From Desulfobacterales bacterium (GTDB lineage: Bacteria; Desulfobacterota; Desulfobacteria; Desulfobacterales; UBA2245): a stretch of DNA of 64,000 nucleotides. The stretch covers positions 372,001 to 436,000 of the forward strand of contig JAXGZF010000003.1 in the NCBI GenBank assembly GCA_040771865.1, written 5' to 3'. Positions 35,924-45,527 of the stretch are shown here, piece after piece. Under the pieces are notes generated by a model. The model had not been told where the DNA came from. It was given only the letters and a program-made list of their open reading frames with translations, and did no database searches. The number at the start of each line of letters is the position of its first letter. The stretch's first letter is position 1. A program made the position numbers and the translations under genes.

Positions 35924-37312
35924 ATGATCACCGGCAGAAAAACGCTAGAGGAAATCGACAACCATGTTCTGCAGGCCCAGTTCCGAATTGCCGAAGCCGA
36001 CCGGGAGATGGAGGACCTGAACGCTCAGTTAAACCGGTTGCGCATCGAAACAACGGAGCAGTACCGGGGGCTGGCCAGGTTCAGGCTTGATGAGATCAGA
36101 GCCGGCAACGTGACGGACCGTCTGGATAAGGTCTATCTGGCTGTTCAGGCTTTAATCGAACAGCATAAACAGGCTTTGGAGGCGCTTGAAAAGGATATCG
36201 CTCAGGGCCAAGAGCGCCAGCAGACGCTCAATCAGCAGCGGGAAACCTGCCGGGACGCACGCGACAGGGCTGCCGACGCCCTTCAGAAACAGATCCAGAA
36301 TACCAGATCGGCGCTGGAAAAGACCGAAGGCTATCGGCTTCAGCAGGAAAAAGCGGTTGCCGCTGATCGCGTCGCTCAGCGGGCTGATGAAAAAGCATCC
36401 CAGTCCGAGGCCGACCTTTCCAGCAAGGGCAAGCCTTATCAGGATGATGTGCTTTTCATGTATCTGTGGAACCGCCGGTTCCTCACGCCCGATTACCGGC
36501 ACGGAGGGATTGCCCGCATGCTGGACGAATGGGTGGCCAGGCTCATCCGCTTTAAGGAAACCCGCGCCGACTATCACATGCTGAACGAGCTTCCAAAGCG
36601 CCTCAGAGAGCATGCCGTCCAGGCACTCGAGGAGGCGGATCGCCAGAGACAAATATTGCTGACCATGGAGAAAGAGGCGGCCGAGAAAGACGGTATGCCC
36701 GCACTTCAGGCCGCCCTGGATGCGGCTGAGAAACAGCTTCGGAAGGTCAATGAAGAAATCGAAATCGAGGAGAAGCGATACCGGGAACTTTTAAGCAAAA
36801 AAAACGACTTTGCCGCCGGCGAGGATGAATACACACGAAAAGCCGTCACGATGATGGCAACCGAATTGGAGCGTGAAGACATCATCGTGCTTTTTCAGCA
36901 GGCTCAAACCACGCCCCGGCCGGTGGACGACGCCATCGTCATGCGCCTTCACCAGCTGCAGCAGGAGCAAAAGAGCCTGACGGACCGGATTGCCGGGCTG
37001 AAAACCAGCCAGCTGGATCAACGAAAGGCGCTGGAGGAACTCATCAGCCTGCGGGAAAGATTCCGCCGCAGCAATTACGATGCCAGCCATTCCGCTTTTC
37101 CCACCGACCTCGCGCTGGGCATTCTGCTGGGGGAGATACTGCGCGGCGGCATGTCGTCGGGCAAGGCGTGGGACCGTATCAGCCGTTCTCAGAGATGGAA
37201 TTTTCCCGGTTCCGGCCGATCCGGAGGCGGCTTCGGCGGATTCGGCGGGGGGGGATTTCGCGGAGGCGGCGGCTTCGGCGGCGGAGGGTTTCGTACCGGC
37301 GGCAAATTTTAA
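35924..37312 (+). CDS. Long coiled-coil protein with Gly-rich C-terminal tail
   Basis: 462 aa, KGKPY..D.LFMYLW.R motif, tail GGGFGGFGGGGFRGGGGFGGGGFRTGGKF; AGGAG RBS. Confidence 0.8.
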   Translation: MITGRKTLEEIDNHVLQAQFRIAEADREMEDLNAQLNRLRIETTEQYRGLARFRLDEIRAGNVTDRLDKVYLAVQALIEQHKQALEALEKDIAQGQERQQTLNQQRETCRDARDRAADALQKQIQNTRSALEKTEGYRLQQEKAVAADRVAQRADEKASQSEADLSSKGKPYQDDVLFMYLWNRRFLTPDYRHGGIARMLDEWVARLIRFKETRADYHMLNELPKRLREHAVQALEEADRQRQILLTMEKEAAEKDGMPALQAALDAAEKQLRKVNEEIEIEEKRYRELLSKKNDFAAGEDEYTRKAVTMMATELEREDIIVLFQQAQTTPRPVDDAIVMRLHQLQQEQKSLTDRIAGLKTSQLDQRKALEELISLRERFRRSNYDASHSAFPTDLALGILLGEILRGGMSSGKAWDRISRSQRWNFPGSGRSGGGFGGFGGGGFRGGGGFGGGGFRTGGKF

Positions 37313-37433
37313 TTCATTGTCGTCCCGATGGTTTGGGCGTTTTCGAAGCCGGGCTTTTCGAAGCGGCTTCCTTGAAGCAGCCCCTCATCGGCTCATGGGC
37401 GGCAAGAGTAATTGATCGGCGGGGAATTTTTCT

Positions 37434-38210
37434 ATGCCGCAGTTAATGCATAATACCGGCCTTATTTACACACTGGAGACCGCCTTGAAAATGCTCCTGG
37501 AATATCAGGTGATTTTTCTGGGAGAGCGGCATGATTCCAGTGCCGCCCACGAGGCCGAACTGGGTCTTCTGACCGGCCTGTACAGCCTGGATTCGAACCT
37601 GGCGCTGGCCATGGAGATGTTTGAAAGGGATGTGCAGGAGATTCTGAATGCGTATCTTGAAGGGAAAATTTCGGAAGCGGCGTTTCGAGAACAATCCCGT
37701 CCCTGGCACAACTATCAGGAGGCTTACCGGCCCCTGATCGAATTTTCCAAATTCGAGGGCGTTCCGGTTATTGCCGCCAATGTGCCGCGAAGGGCGGCGG
37801 CGGCCGTGGCCAGGGCCAACAGAATTTCCCCGGAAGTTTTGGGCGCCGATTCGATCTATCTTCCTGAAAAACCGCCTTTCAGGTCCCGCAGGTACTGCGA
37901 GTTGTTCAAGGCCGCCGTGCAGGATATGCCGGCCGGCCCCATGGGGCCGATCAAACCCCAGGCACTTTTCAAGGCCCAGATTCTGAAAGATGCCGTCATG
38001 GCGGCCTCGCTCGAGGCCTTTCTGGACCGTCGCATCCTTTTCTGCTGCGGCCACTTTCATTCCGATTACCATCTGGGCATTCCCTATCAGCTCAAGAGGG
38101 TCCATCCAGGCATCAAGATCGCCGTAATCGCCATGGCCTTCGCCGTAGAAGCTGTTCCCATGAAAATGTTGTCCAGGCTGGCGGATTTCTTCTGGATACC
38201 GGATGAATAA
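37434..38210 (+). CDS. ChaN-like (Tiki/EreA fold) protein
   Basis: VIFLGERHD, LAMEMFER, YRPL, AANVPR, AQILKDAVMA, GHFH; no lipoprotein signal visible. Confidence 0.82.
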   Translation: MPQLMHNTGLIYTLETALKMLLEYQVIFLGERHDSSAAHEAELGLLTGLYSLDSNLALAMEMFERDVQEILNAYLEGKISEAAFREQSRPWHNYQEAYRPLIEFSKFEGVPVIAANVPRRAAAAVARANRISPEVLGADSIYLPEKPPFRSRRYCELFKAAVQDMPAGPMGPIKPQALFKAQILKDAVMAASLEAFLDRRILFCCGHFHSDYHLGIPYQLKRVHPGIKIAVIAMAFAVEAVPMKMLSRLADFFWIPDE

Positions 38211-38435
38211 GGGAAACGGGATTGCATTATTCTTGGCAGGGAGCATCATGATTGGCGCCATTTTCGTGGAACTCGCCGCAATCCGTATGTTGACTTTCAA
38301 TCGGCAATCGATGCTCTCATGGACTAGAATCACAAAAAGAGAATGCGCATTTCCGGCTGATTGAGTGCCTTCGCAGACAGAGATGTTGTTTGTTTTCCAA
38401 TAAATTGCAAATCGTTTCATGAAAGAAGGGAAGTT

Positions 38436-39875
38436 ATGAAAAGAGAAATCTTGTTAGCGAGGTATCTCTTTCTTGGGATCATGCTTCTGGGGGTTTGGGG
38501 ATACCAGTGCGCGCAGGCAGGCAACAACCCGAGGGAAGATCTCTTTCAGCGGGAAAATGAAAAACCGCCTTCCGGGAATTTTTTAGGACCTCAGTCATCC
38601 CGCGGGAAAGGAGAGCAACGGCTTCTCATCGTGGCAGTTCGTTTTCCGGATGTCGAACCGAGGTTTCACCTGGAAAAGATCCGGCAAAAAGTGCTGGGGG
38701 GATTGGGCAATTATGTGAAAGTTCAGTCTTATGGCCTTGCATGGGTCGCGCCTCATTTCATGGGATGGGTGAACCTGCCCGACTCCATTTCAGCGTATCG
38801 AATAAGCCCGGACAACTTCAAGGTTGACCGGAGCCGGGTCAGGAAGCTCGTCGAGGACACGATGACGGCCATCGAGAACGAGGCGGACTTCTCGAAATTT
38901 CAGAACATGCTCATCATACCGGGAGCTGCCACCCTTCCGGGAAAGGGATACGGCATGATGTGTTACTGCGCCAACCCGGGGATGCTGACAGGGGTAAGGG
39001 GGAATCCCAGTTTCGTGACCCTGAGGTCAAAGGCGGGACGTGAGTTTTCAGGGGGCATCTTCGTGGGAACGGAAAACGCTCCTTTGGGCATGTTCGCCCA
39101 TGACTTTTTCCACGCGCTGGGAGGGGTTTATGCCGCCAAGCGCCTGGCACCCTGACTATACAATTTCAAGCGTCAGGCTGACGCTTCGAGGAACCATCGC
39201 TGGGAGGAGTGCACGACTTATATGGGATCATGGGATGTGATGTCTTCACACTACATCGATGTCAATTCCCCCCCGCCGGGACTTTCCTCCTTCACGAGAA
39301 TCAGGCTGGGATGGATTTTGCCAGATCAGGTGATTCTGGTAAAGCCCGGTGAAACCCGGGGTGTATTTCTTTCACCCCTGGACCGGGGAGGAAAAACTCT
39401 TGCCGTCAAGATACCCTTAACGAGCGGGGAATATTATCTGGTGGAAAACCGTCAACGCACGGGATTCGACAGGATTCAGCCCGATTCGGGTCTTCTGATC
39501 ATCAAGGTAAATCCGGAAGCTGAGGAAGGTTCTGGTACGGCGATCATTATGGATGCCGATCCTGAATCTGCCAATTTCTCCCATGCCACATACAGACCGG
39601 ACAAGGAAAAAGGGGCCATTTTCGAAGACAAAAAGAACGACATAGCCGTCATACCGCTTTGGTTGCGGGGAGAGAACCAGGGCGCCCTCGTTACAACCGT
39701 TGAGAAAAGTGCGGACGCCCTGAAAGCGACGCGGCTCATATCAGAGATATGGAACCGCCATGACGATGGGGTTGGCAAAAACAAAGAACGAATGGATGCC
39801 TGTCTGGACGCGTTTGAGAACTTCGATTTCATGAAAAGCCATGAAATAGCCCGACAGATGCAATCAGGCAATTGA
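38436..39875 (+). CDS. Secreted M6 (immune inhibitor A)-like metallopeptidase with in-frame TGA at codon 240; candidate selenoprotein
   Basis: ORFs 38361-39155 and 39222-39875 share one frame, separated only by TGA 39153-39155; signal peptide ending AQA; LIVAVRFPD, QSYG, AHDFFHALG...P*LY, GSWDVMS, LGW, YYLVENRQ. Confidence 0.8.
39168..39186 (+). promoter_or_regulatory. Putative bacterial SECIS hairpin
   Basis: aagcgtca-ggc-tgacgctt: perfect 8-bp stem starting 12 nt after the TGA, with a G-initiated apical loop 20 nt from the TGA. Confidence 0.7.
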
Positions 39876-40208
39876 GTTGAGAAAATAATTTTGGAAAAGT
39901 CATGGTCCGGCGCCCTGTGCGTATGGACAGCGGCCCGGGCGTATGGAGACGGACATCGATATAGATTTTTCTGCTCAGGGCTTTAATTTCCTGGAGCGAC
40001 ACTGCAAAATCAGTTGCGCCAGAATTAGTCTGCCGCGTCTGATCCCAAATCCATCTTTCGCAATTACAATCAGTCGCATTACAGCGTCTATGAGCCCTCA
40101 ATAAGTTGCATAAATGCGACCTTTTAAAACCCCCGCAATTTTTTATATTATCTTATATTTGTATTTATTACAGTAATTTATATCTGTCATGGTGAATAAC
40201 GACTAAAC

Positions 40209-40224
40209 TGGCATTCCTTTTGCT
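40209..40224 (+). promoter_or_regulatory. Sigma54 (-24/-12) promoter
   Basis: TGGCAttccttTTGCT with GG-N10-GC spacing; AT-rich tract and imperfect palindrome gttgcataaatgcgac upstream. Confidence 0.7.
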
Positions 40225-40370
40225 GTTAATCAGGTCAGCGATGCACGGGTTTCGATCCGAAGACAGCGTTGGCATACCGGAATCTGAAAATGAAACGCAC
40301 GGAACGGATTTATATCGATTGAATTCAGACGCGCTGACACAAAAAGCGCGCAGCCGAAAAGGAGAACATC

Positions 40371-40571
40371 ATGGATGAAAGAAAACCTTCAGGCGGCGCG
40401 GGCTCTGGAAGAGGGCCCGGCCGGGGGCAAGGCCAGGGCGGCCAGGGACGCGGCCGGATGGGCGGCAATTGCATCTGCCCGAAATGCGGCTACAAAGAAC
40501 CGCATGAACGCGGCGTTCCCTGCTTTGAGCGACCGTGCCCGAAATGCGGAACCGTAATGGTAAGAGAATAA
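40371..40571 (+). CDS. Small Gly-rich, Cys-rich (zinc-ribbon) protein
   Basis: CICPKCG...GVPC...CPKCG; AAGGAG RBS. Confidence 0.8.
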   Translation: MDERKPSGGAGSGRGPGRGQGQGGQGRGRMGGNCICPKCGYKEPHERGVPCFERPCPKCGTVMVRE

Positions 40572-40602
40572 TATTCTATTTTCAGGAAAGGAGGATATGA
40601 CC

Positions 40603-40977
40603 ATGCCGGGAGGAGATCGTACAGGACCCATGGGAATGGGATCAAGAACCGGACGGGGGCTGGGATACTGCTCGGGTTCCGGAATGCCCGGATACGCGAA
40701 TGATGCTTACGGACGCGGGTTTGGAACGGGTTTCCGAAGAGGCCGCGGTTTTTTTGGCCGGGGAGCTTTCGGCGGCGGACGCGGAAGACGCAATATGTTT
40801 TATGCCACCGGTCAAACGGGTTGGATGCGCTTCGGCGGATATCCGGCGCAGCTTCAGGGGCCCGATCCGGAGTTGGACAAACCGGCGCTTCAAAGGCAGG
40901 CCGAAGCCTTGCAGTCGGAACTGGATCTGATCAGGAAGCGGCTGGCCGAACTTGAGGCCGGAATCAGCGAGGGTTAA
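40603..40977 (+). CDS. DUF5320-family protein
   Basis: MPGGDRTGPMGMGSRTGRGLGYC N-terminus, Gly/Arg-rich middle, C-terminal coiled coil. Confidence 0.85.
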   Translation: MPGGDRTGPMGMGSRTGRGLGYCSGSGMPGYANDAYGRGFGTGFRRGRGFFGRGAFGGGRGRRNMFYATGQTGWMRFGGYPAQLQGPDPELDKPALQRQAEALQSELDLIRKRLAELEAGISEG

Positions 40978-41102
40978 CCCTTGTTTGCATTCGGGATGCG
41001 GTGCTGAAGGCAGGCGCTTCATAAACCCCGTGTACGGGTTGACTGGACGTTATGCGCCATCATGCTTTGGCGCCGCACCGATTTATTCAGGAGGTTGTTG
41101 AC

Positions 41103-41393
41103 ATGCCGAAATTCGACGGAACCGGGCCGTTCGGCACGGGTCCCATGACAGGCAAAGGCGATGGGCATTGCGTGCTGAAGATGCCTCAGAACCTGGATGA
41201 ACCGCAAACAGGATTTGCCGGTCTGGCCGGAAATCCGGTCATTCTGTTGCCGGACTCCGCCGGTATCGACAGCGACCGTTCGTTTTCAAACCAGCATCGT
41301 TCTGAAAACCTGCCGATCGCCAGGGTCGGCGCCGGCAGGTTTTGTTGCGGCCGGAACGGACGATGCCGCCGGCCCATGCGCGCAGGTCGATGA
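41103..41393 (+). CDS. DUF5320-like protein
   Basis: MPKFDGTGPFGTGPMTGKGDGHC N-terminus; AGGAGG RBS. Confidence 0.7.
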   Translation: MPKFDGTGPFGTGPMTGKGDGHCVLKMPQNLDEPQTGFAGLAGNPVILLPDSAGIDSDRSFSNQHRSENLPIARVGAGRFCCGRNGRCRRPMRAGR

Positions 41394-42367
41394 TGGAAAA
41401 CGAGGGATTTCGGTATTCCTACGGGCCAGTGCCCTCGCGCCGCCTGGGCAAAAGCCTGGGAGTCAACAATATTCCGGCCAAGGCATGCAGCTATGCCTGC
41501 ATCTACTGCCAGGTCGGGCCTACCACGCGCATACAGACGGATCGGCAGTTTTTCTACGAACCGGGCGAGATTTTCATGGATGTGTGGCGCAGAGTGAACC
41601 AGGCCCGGGCCGCCTTGGAGCGGATTGATTATCTGACCTTTGTTCCGGACGGAGAACCCACTCTGGATGCGCGTCTGGGAGAATCCATAGCCGCTCTGAG
41701 GTCGCTGGGAATTCCAATTGCGGTGATTACCAACAGTTCGCTGATATGGCGCGATGATGTGAGGGCTGCGCTCGCTCAGGCAGATTGGGTGTCGCTGAAG
41801 GTGGATGCCCTGCAGGAAAGAATCTGGCGTAGAATTAATCGGCCTCATAAGGCATTGCGGCTGTCGGCGATTCTGGATGGCATGTGCGAGTTTTCAGAAA
41901 ATTTTACCGGCCGGCTGGTCACGGAAACCATGCTTGTCGGCGGGGTGAATGAAAGCGAGGAAAGCGCTGAAGAACTGGCTGTTTTTCTCAACCAGTTGCA
42001 GCCCCATACGACATACCTGAGCATTCCCACCCGTCCTCCGGCAGAGCCATGGGTCCGCTGCCCGGATGAAGAAGTTTTCAACCGGACGTATCAGATTCTC
42101 AGTGCAAAGGTCAATCGGGTGGAATGCCTTTCGGGCTACGAGGGGAATGCCTTTGCCTTTACGGACAATGTCGAACAGGATCTGCTGAGCATTACCGCCG
42201 TGCATCCGATGCGAAAAGACGCCGTGTCCGCGCTTTTATTACGGGCCGGCGCCGGCTGGGAGGTTGTGGATCGCCTCGTGAGCCGGGGTGATCTGGTTCA
42301 GGCTCAATACAGAGGACACCTTTTTTATCTGAGAAAGTTCCCCCAAAAAAATAATGTCGATACATGA
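41390..42367 (+). CDS. Radical SAM protein (TYW1-related Fe-S oxidoreductase group)
   Basis: YGPVPSRRLGKSLG, CSYACIYC, DGEPTL, TNSSL. Confidence 0.9.
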   Translation: MMENEGFRYSYGPVPSRRLGKSLGVNNIPAKACSYACIYCQVGPTTRIQTDRQFFYEPGEIFMDVWRRVNQARAALERIDYLTFVPDGEPTLDARLGESIAALRSLGIPIAVITNSSLIWRDDVRAALAQADWVSLKVDALQERIWRRINRPHKALRLSAILDGMCEFSENFTGRLVTETMLVGGVNESEESAEELAVFLNQLQPHTTYLSIPTRPPAEPWVRCPDEEVFNRTYQILSAKVNRVECLSGYEGNAFAFTDNVEQDLLSITAVHPMRKDAVSALLLRAGAGWEVVDRLVSRGDLVQAQYRGHLFYLRKFPQKNNVDT

Positions 42368-42755
42368 GATCCTTTATCGGTCTGAATTTTCAGACCCGCC
42401 TTCGGCTTCCGCGTTCCTTGCTTCACCGTGCAATGCGATCTGAAATCGTATTCGCATCCGCATCCTCGACAATTCTTCATCTCAGCATCAATATAACTGT
42501 CCTTGAATTTGAACCCGAATGCCTGGGAAACCGGCGCGGCTTCGAGCTTGCTTTTCAAAGGCACTCCGGGTAAATTAAAAAAAAGTTGCGGGGAGACCCC
42601 CCTTCACAATCGCCGGGGCTGATGACTTCTTTCGACACCGATGTACGGCGGGGTTTTGATCAGAAAATTTGTCTGAAGGCGGTTTTTTGTTGCCTGCAAC
42701 GCAGCCCAATGACGAGTCTGAATTTTCGAGCATTCCACAATAAGGCGCCATACAG

Positions 42756-43235
42756 ATGATGTTGGAACAAAAAGGCATTCATGTTGAGATACCGGGCAGT
42801 GAAACGCTGATGCTGAAACAGCTGGTTCTGGATTTCAGCGGAACCCTCTCGTGCGACGGCATCCTGATTCCGGGCGTTGCCGAACGGCTGAAAGCGCTTG
42901 CAAAAGAGCTGAACATCACCGTGCTGACGGCGGATACCTTCGGTACCGCGGCCCGGCAGCTGGATGGATTGCCTGTTGCGCTTCACCATATCGAGACCGG
43001 CCGCGACAAGGCCGACTTTATTGCCGGATTGAACCGCCGGGAAACGGCGGCCGTGGGCAACGGCCTGAACGATGTGGAGATGATTCGAAGCGCCGCGCTG
43101 GGCATTGCGGTCATCCAACCGGAAGGTTGCGCCGGAGAACTGATTGCGGCCGCCCGGATTGTCTGCAGCGATATTCTGGCGGCCCTGGATCTGATGCTCA
43201 AGCCACTTCGAATCAAGGCTTCGCTCCGGATATGA
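42756..43235 (+). CDS. HAD-superfamily hydrolase (soluble P-type ATPase-like)
   Basis: LVLDFSGTL, TADTFG, VGNGLND, EG. Confidence 0.85.
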   Translation: MMLEQKGIHVEIPGSETLMLKQLVLDFSGTLSCDGILIPGVAERLKALAKELNITVLTADTFGTAARQLDGLPVALHHIETGRDKADFIAGLNRRETAAVGNGLNDVEMIRSAALGIAVIQPEGCAGELIAAARIVCSDILAALDLMLKPLRIKASLRI

Positions 43236-43680
43236 GTAAAACGATACGGCCATGGATTCCGGCTTTCAGCTGCAGGAAAGTACTGACGCCGGCCAGGAAG
43301 GCCAACAACGCATCACACCCGGAATGATCGGAAGGAATTCTGCGGAGTGAAGTCGACAGCGAGAGGATCGGGACGGAACCGGGGCGAAAGAGGAAAAGGC
43401 ACTCCTCTCAGCGCTCATCGCGCTATATTTCTTGCCTGTGGAGATGCGTGATTGCTGTAAGGGCGCAAAATAAAATATATTGAAGTCATCGCAGGAGTAG
43501 ATTCCAAGTCAAAAGAGCCTTGGATTCAAATGAACGGGTCACCATTTACTAAGGAGATCATAAGTTTATAGACATGTAGTTTGTTTTAAATACTTGATAT
43601 TATTGTATTTAAATGTACTCGAAGCTTGAAAATATCGTCCATACACTTATAATCGGCTTAGTAACCTGGAGGGATTAATC

Positions 43681-44082
43681 ATGAGCTTTCTGAAAGAGTT
43701 CAAGGAGTTTGCCGTAAAGGGGAATGTGGTCGACATGGCGGTCGGTATCATTGTCGGCGCCGCATTCGGTAAGATCGTTTCTTCCTTTGTAGCTGATGTG
43801 GTCATGCCGCCAATCGGAGTGCTCCTGGGCGGAGTCGATTTCACCGATTTGGCAATCACGTTAAAACAAGCTACTGCAGAAGCTCCAGCCGTGGTAATCA
43901 GTTATGGAAAGTTCATTCAGACGGTCGTCGACTTTACCATCATCGCCTTTGCCATTTTTGTCGCCATCAAAGCCATCAACTTGCTCAAGCGAAAAGAGGA
44001 AGAAGCGCCCAAGCTTCCACCGGAGCCCAGCGCTCAGGAAGTACTGCTTGCGGAGATACGTGATCTTCTGAAGCAAAAGTAA
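43681..44082 (+). CDS. mscL: Large-conductance mechanosensitive channel
   Basis: [41 protein letters not shown]. Confidence 0.97.
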   Translation: MSFLKEFKEFAVKGNVVDMAVGIIVGAAFGKIVSSFVADVVMPPIGVLLGGVDFTDLAITLKQATAEAPAVVISYGKFIQTVVDFTIIAFAIFVAIKAINLLKRKEEEAPKLPPEPSAQEVLLAEIRDLLKQK

Positions 44083-44128
44083 ACCGTCTTCGGCATCACA
44101 TCGTGCTGCGCCGTCTGACATGTCCTAT

Positions 44129-44271
44129 CAGGCTGTTGAAAAACTGCGCCTGAGGCTGCCATTCAGCGTTGCGCGGCTCTCGCCAATGCTCACATATGTT
44201 TGAATATGCTGCGCTTGTCGTATCGCCGCGCGCCTTGCCTGACGGCTTGATTCTTGTTTTTCAACACCCTG
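44129..44271. mobile_element. 143-bp MITE, copy 2, CTAT target duplication
   Basis: Same terminal inverted repeats and length as copy 1; flanked by CTAT on both sides. Confidence 0.9.
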
Positions 44272-44276
44272 CTATA

Positions 44277-44339
44277 GTTCCCCCTCAGCCCGAAGCAGGC
44301 GAAAAGCGCTTTTGACGCGCCTGCTTCGGGGCGGGGAAC
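44277..44339. terminator. GC-rich hairpin between convergent mscL and femAB-like genes
   Basis: cccgaagcaggcg...cgcctgcttcggg arms, extendable to gttcccc/ggggaac. Confidence 0.5.
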
Positions 44340-44357
44340 ATACTGAAAGATTATCCC

Positions 44358-45443
44358 CTATACGGAGCGGGAAAATCCGTCAAACGTCTCGTAGCTGCGA
44401 AAGATTTTATAGCCCTTGTCGTTCAGCGGATAATCCCAGGATCCGCTCTGATGGATGATTCTTCCGCCGAAACCGGTTTTGAAACGGTAGAGACCATAAA
44501 ACGGGTGGTCGGGGATTTTTCCGGGCGAAACCGCGCCCAGATCGTATTGCAGGCACCCCCGTGTCCGTGCAAGCTGTATCGCCGTCCAGTGGATTGCGTA
44601 AGGCGCCATTAAATTTCTTTTCTCATTGGCGGAAGCGCCAAACAGATAGGTTGCCGTCCGGCCGGAAATCACGATAATGGCGCCGGCAAGCATGTACTTG
44701 CCGTGAGCGGCGAGAAGAAACAGAATTTCGCATGAACCGGGATGCGAGAGCAATGCAAGGAACAGCGCGGAGAAATGCCGGTATTCACAGAGATTGAAGC
44801 GGTTGCGTTCAGCGGTCTGCCGGTACAGTTCATAGAAGTCTGGAAGTAAATCGGGGGTTGCGGCGAACGCCCTGACGCCCTTTTTTTGAGCCAGGTGAAT
44901 ATTGTATCGGGTTTTGGGCTTCATGTTCGACAGGATTTCCGCTTCGTTCCGGTTCAGATCGAGTACGAACCTGTCGGCAAATGTGAGGTCGATTGCCGCT
45001 TTTTGAAGGTTCCAGGTTCTGGTGCCGAAGTTCATGCGCAACTCCTGGAGTCGCGGTTCAGGGCACTCAAATTTTGGTGGAGAGACCGAACCGCCTGATC
45101 CCGCAAACGCGTACTGGGATTCCCAGGGAAGGTCATACCGGATAAACGCAACTCCAGGATCCAAATACGCGCTTAACGCATCGGAGAGCGCTTCCAGAAA
45201 AATACCGTACTGATCCGGTTCGGGGCGGAATTCCGGACCCTGCGGAACCCAGGCCATGGAAATTCCGGGCAATGATGTTCTGGTCAGTACCAGGACGTCG
45301 CCATGCGGTTCCGAGGAAGCCAGATCAAAAGCGAGCGGCTTCCAGCCAAGGCGTGATTTGACTGCGCTCCAGAACGGAGTCTGGAAAACAATGTCCGTAG
45401 GAAAAGCCTCCTCCGCTTCCTTTTGTTTCAAATGTATCTTCAC
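44358..45443 (-). CDS. FemAB/FemX-like aminoacyl-tRNA-dependent transferase
   Basis: FQTPFW..VK..LGW, MKPKTRYNI.LA.KKGV, YLFGAS, YDLG, GLYRFKTGFGG. Confidence 0.88.
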   Translation of the reverse strand: MKIHLKQKEAEEAFPTDIVFQTPFWSAVKSRLGWKPLAFDLASSEPHGDVLVLTRTSLPGISMAWVPQGPEFRPEPDQYGIFLEALSDALSAYLDPGVAFIRYDLPWESQYAFAGSGGSVSPPKFECPEPRLQELRMNFGTRTWNLQKAAIDLTFADRFVLDLNRNEAEILSNMKPKTRYNIHLAQKKGVRAFAATPDLLPDFYELYRQTAERNRFNLCEYRHFSALFLALLSHPGSCEILFLLAAHGKYMLAGAIIVISGRTATYLFGASANEKRNLMAPYAIHWTAIQLARTRGCLQYDLGAVSPGKIPDHPFYGLYRFKTGFGGRIIHQSGSWDYPLNDKGYKIFRSYETFDGFSRSV

Positions 45444-45527
45444 CCTGTATCTCCATTGCCAAACCGGGAAATCCGATGCGGTTTGGGGCTGATTCTCCTG
45501 GTTTTTGAAACATCGACAGCCATGTGT

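Noticed and set aside
37220..37305. GGC-rich tandem-like repeat
   Set aside because: Explained by the Gly-rich coding tail of the 462-aa protein
38361..39875. Reading the M6 peptidase as two genes or a simple nonsense pseudogene
   Set aside because: The stop is TGA, in frame, at the metal-ligand codon, followed by a SECIS-like hairpin, with no other lesions; Sec read-through is favoured, though pseudogene status is not excluded
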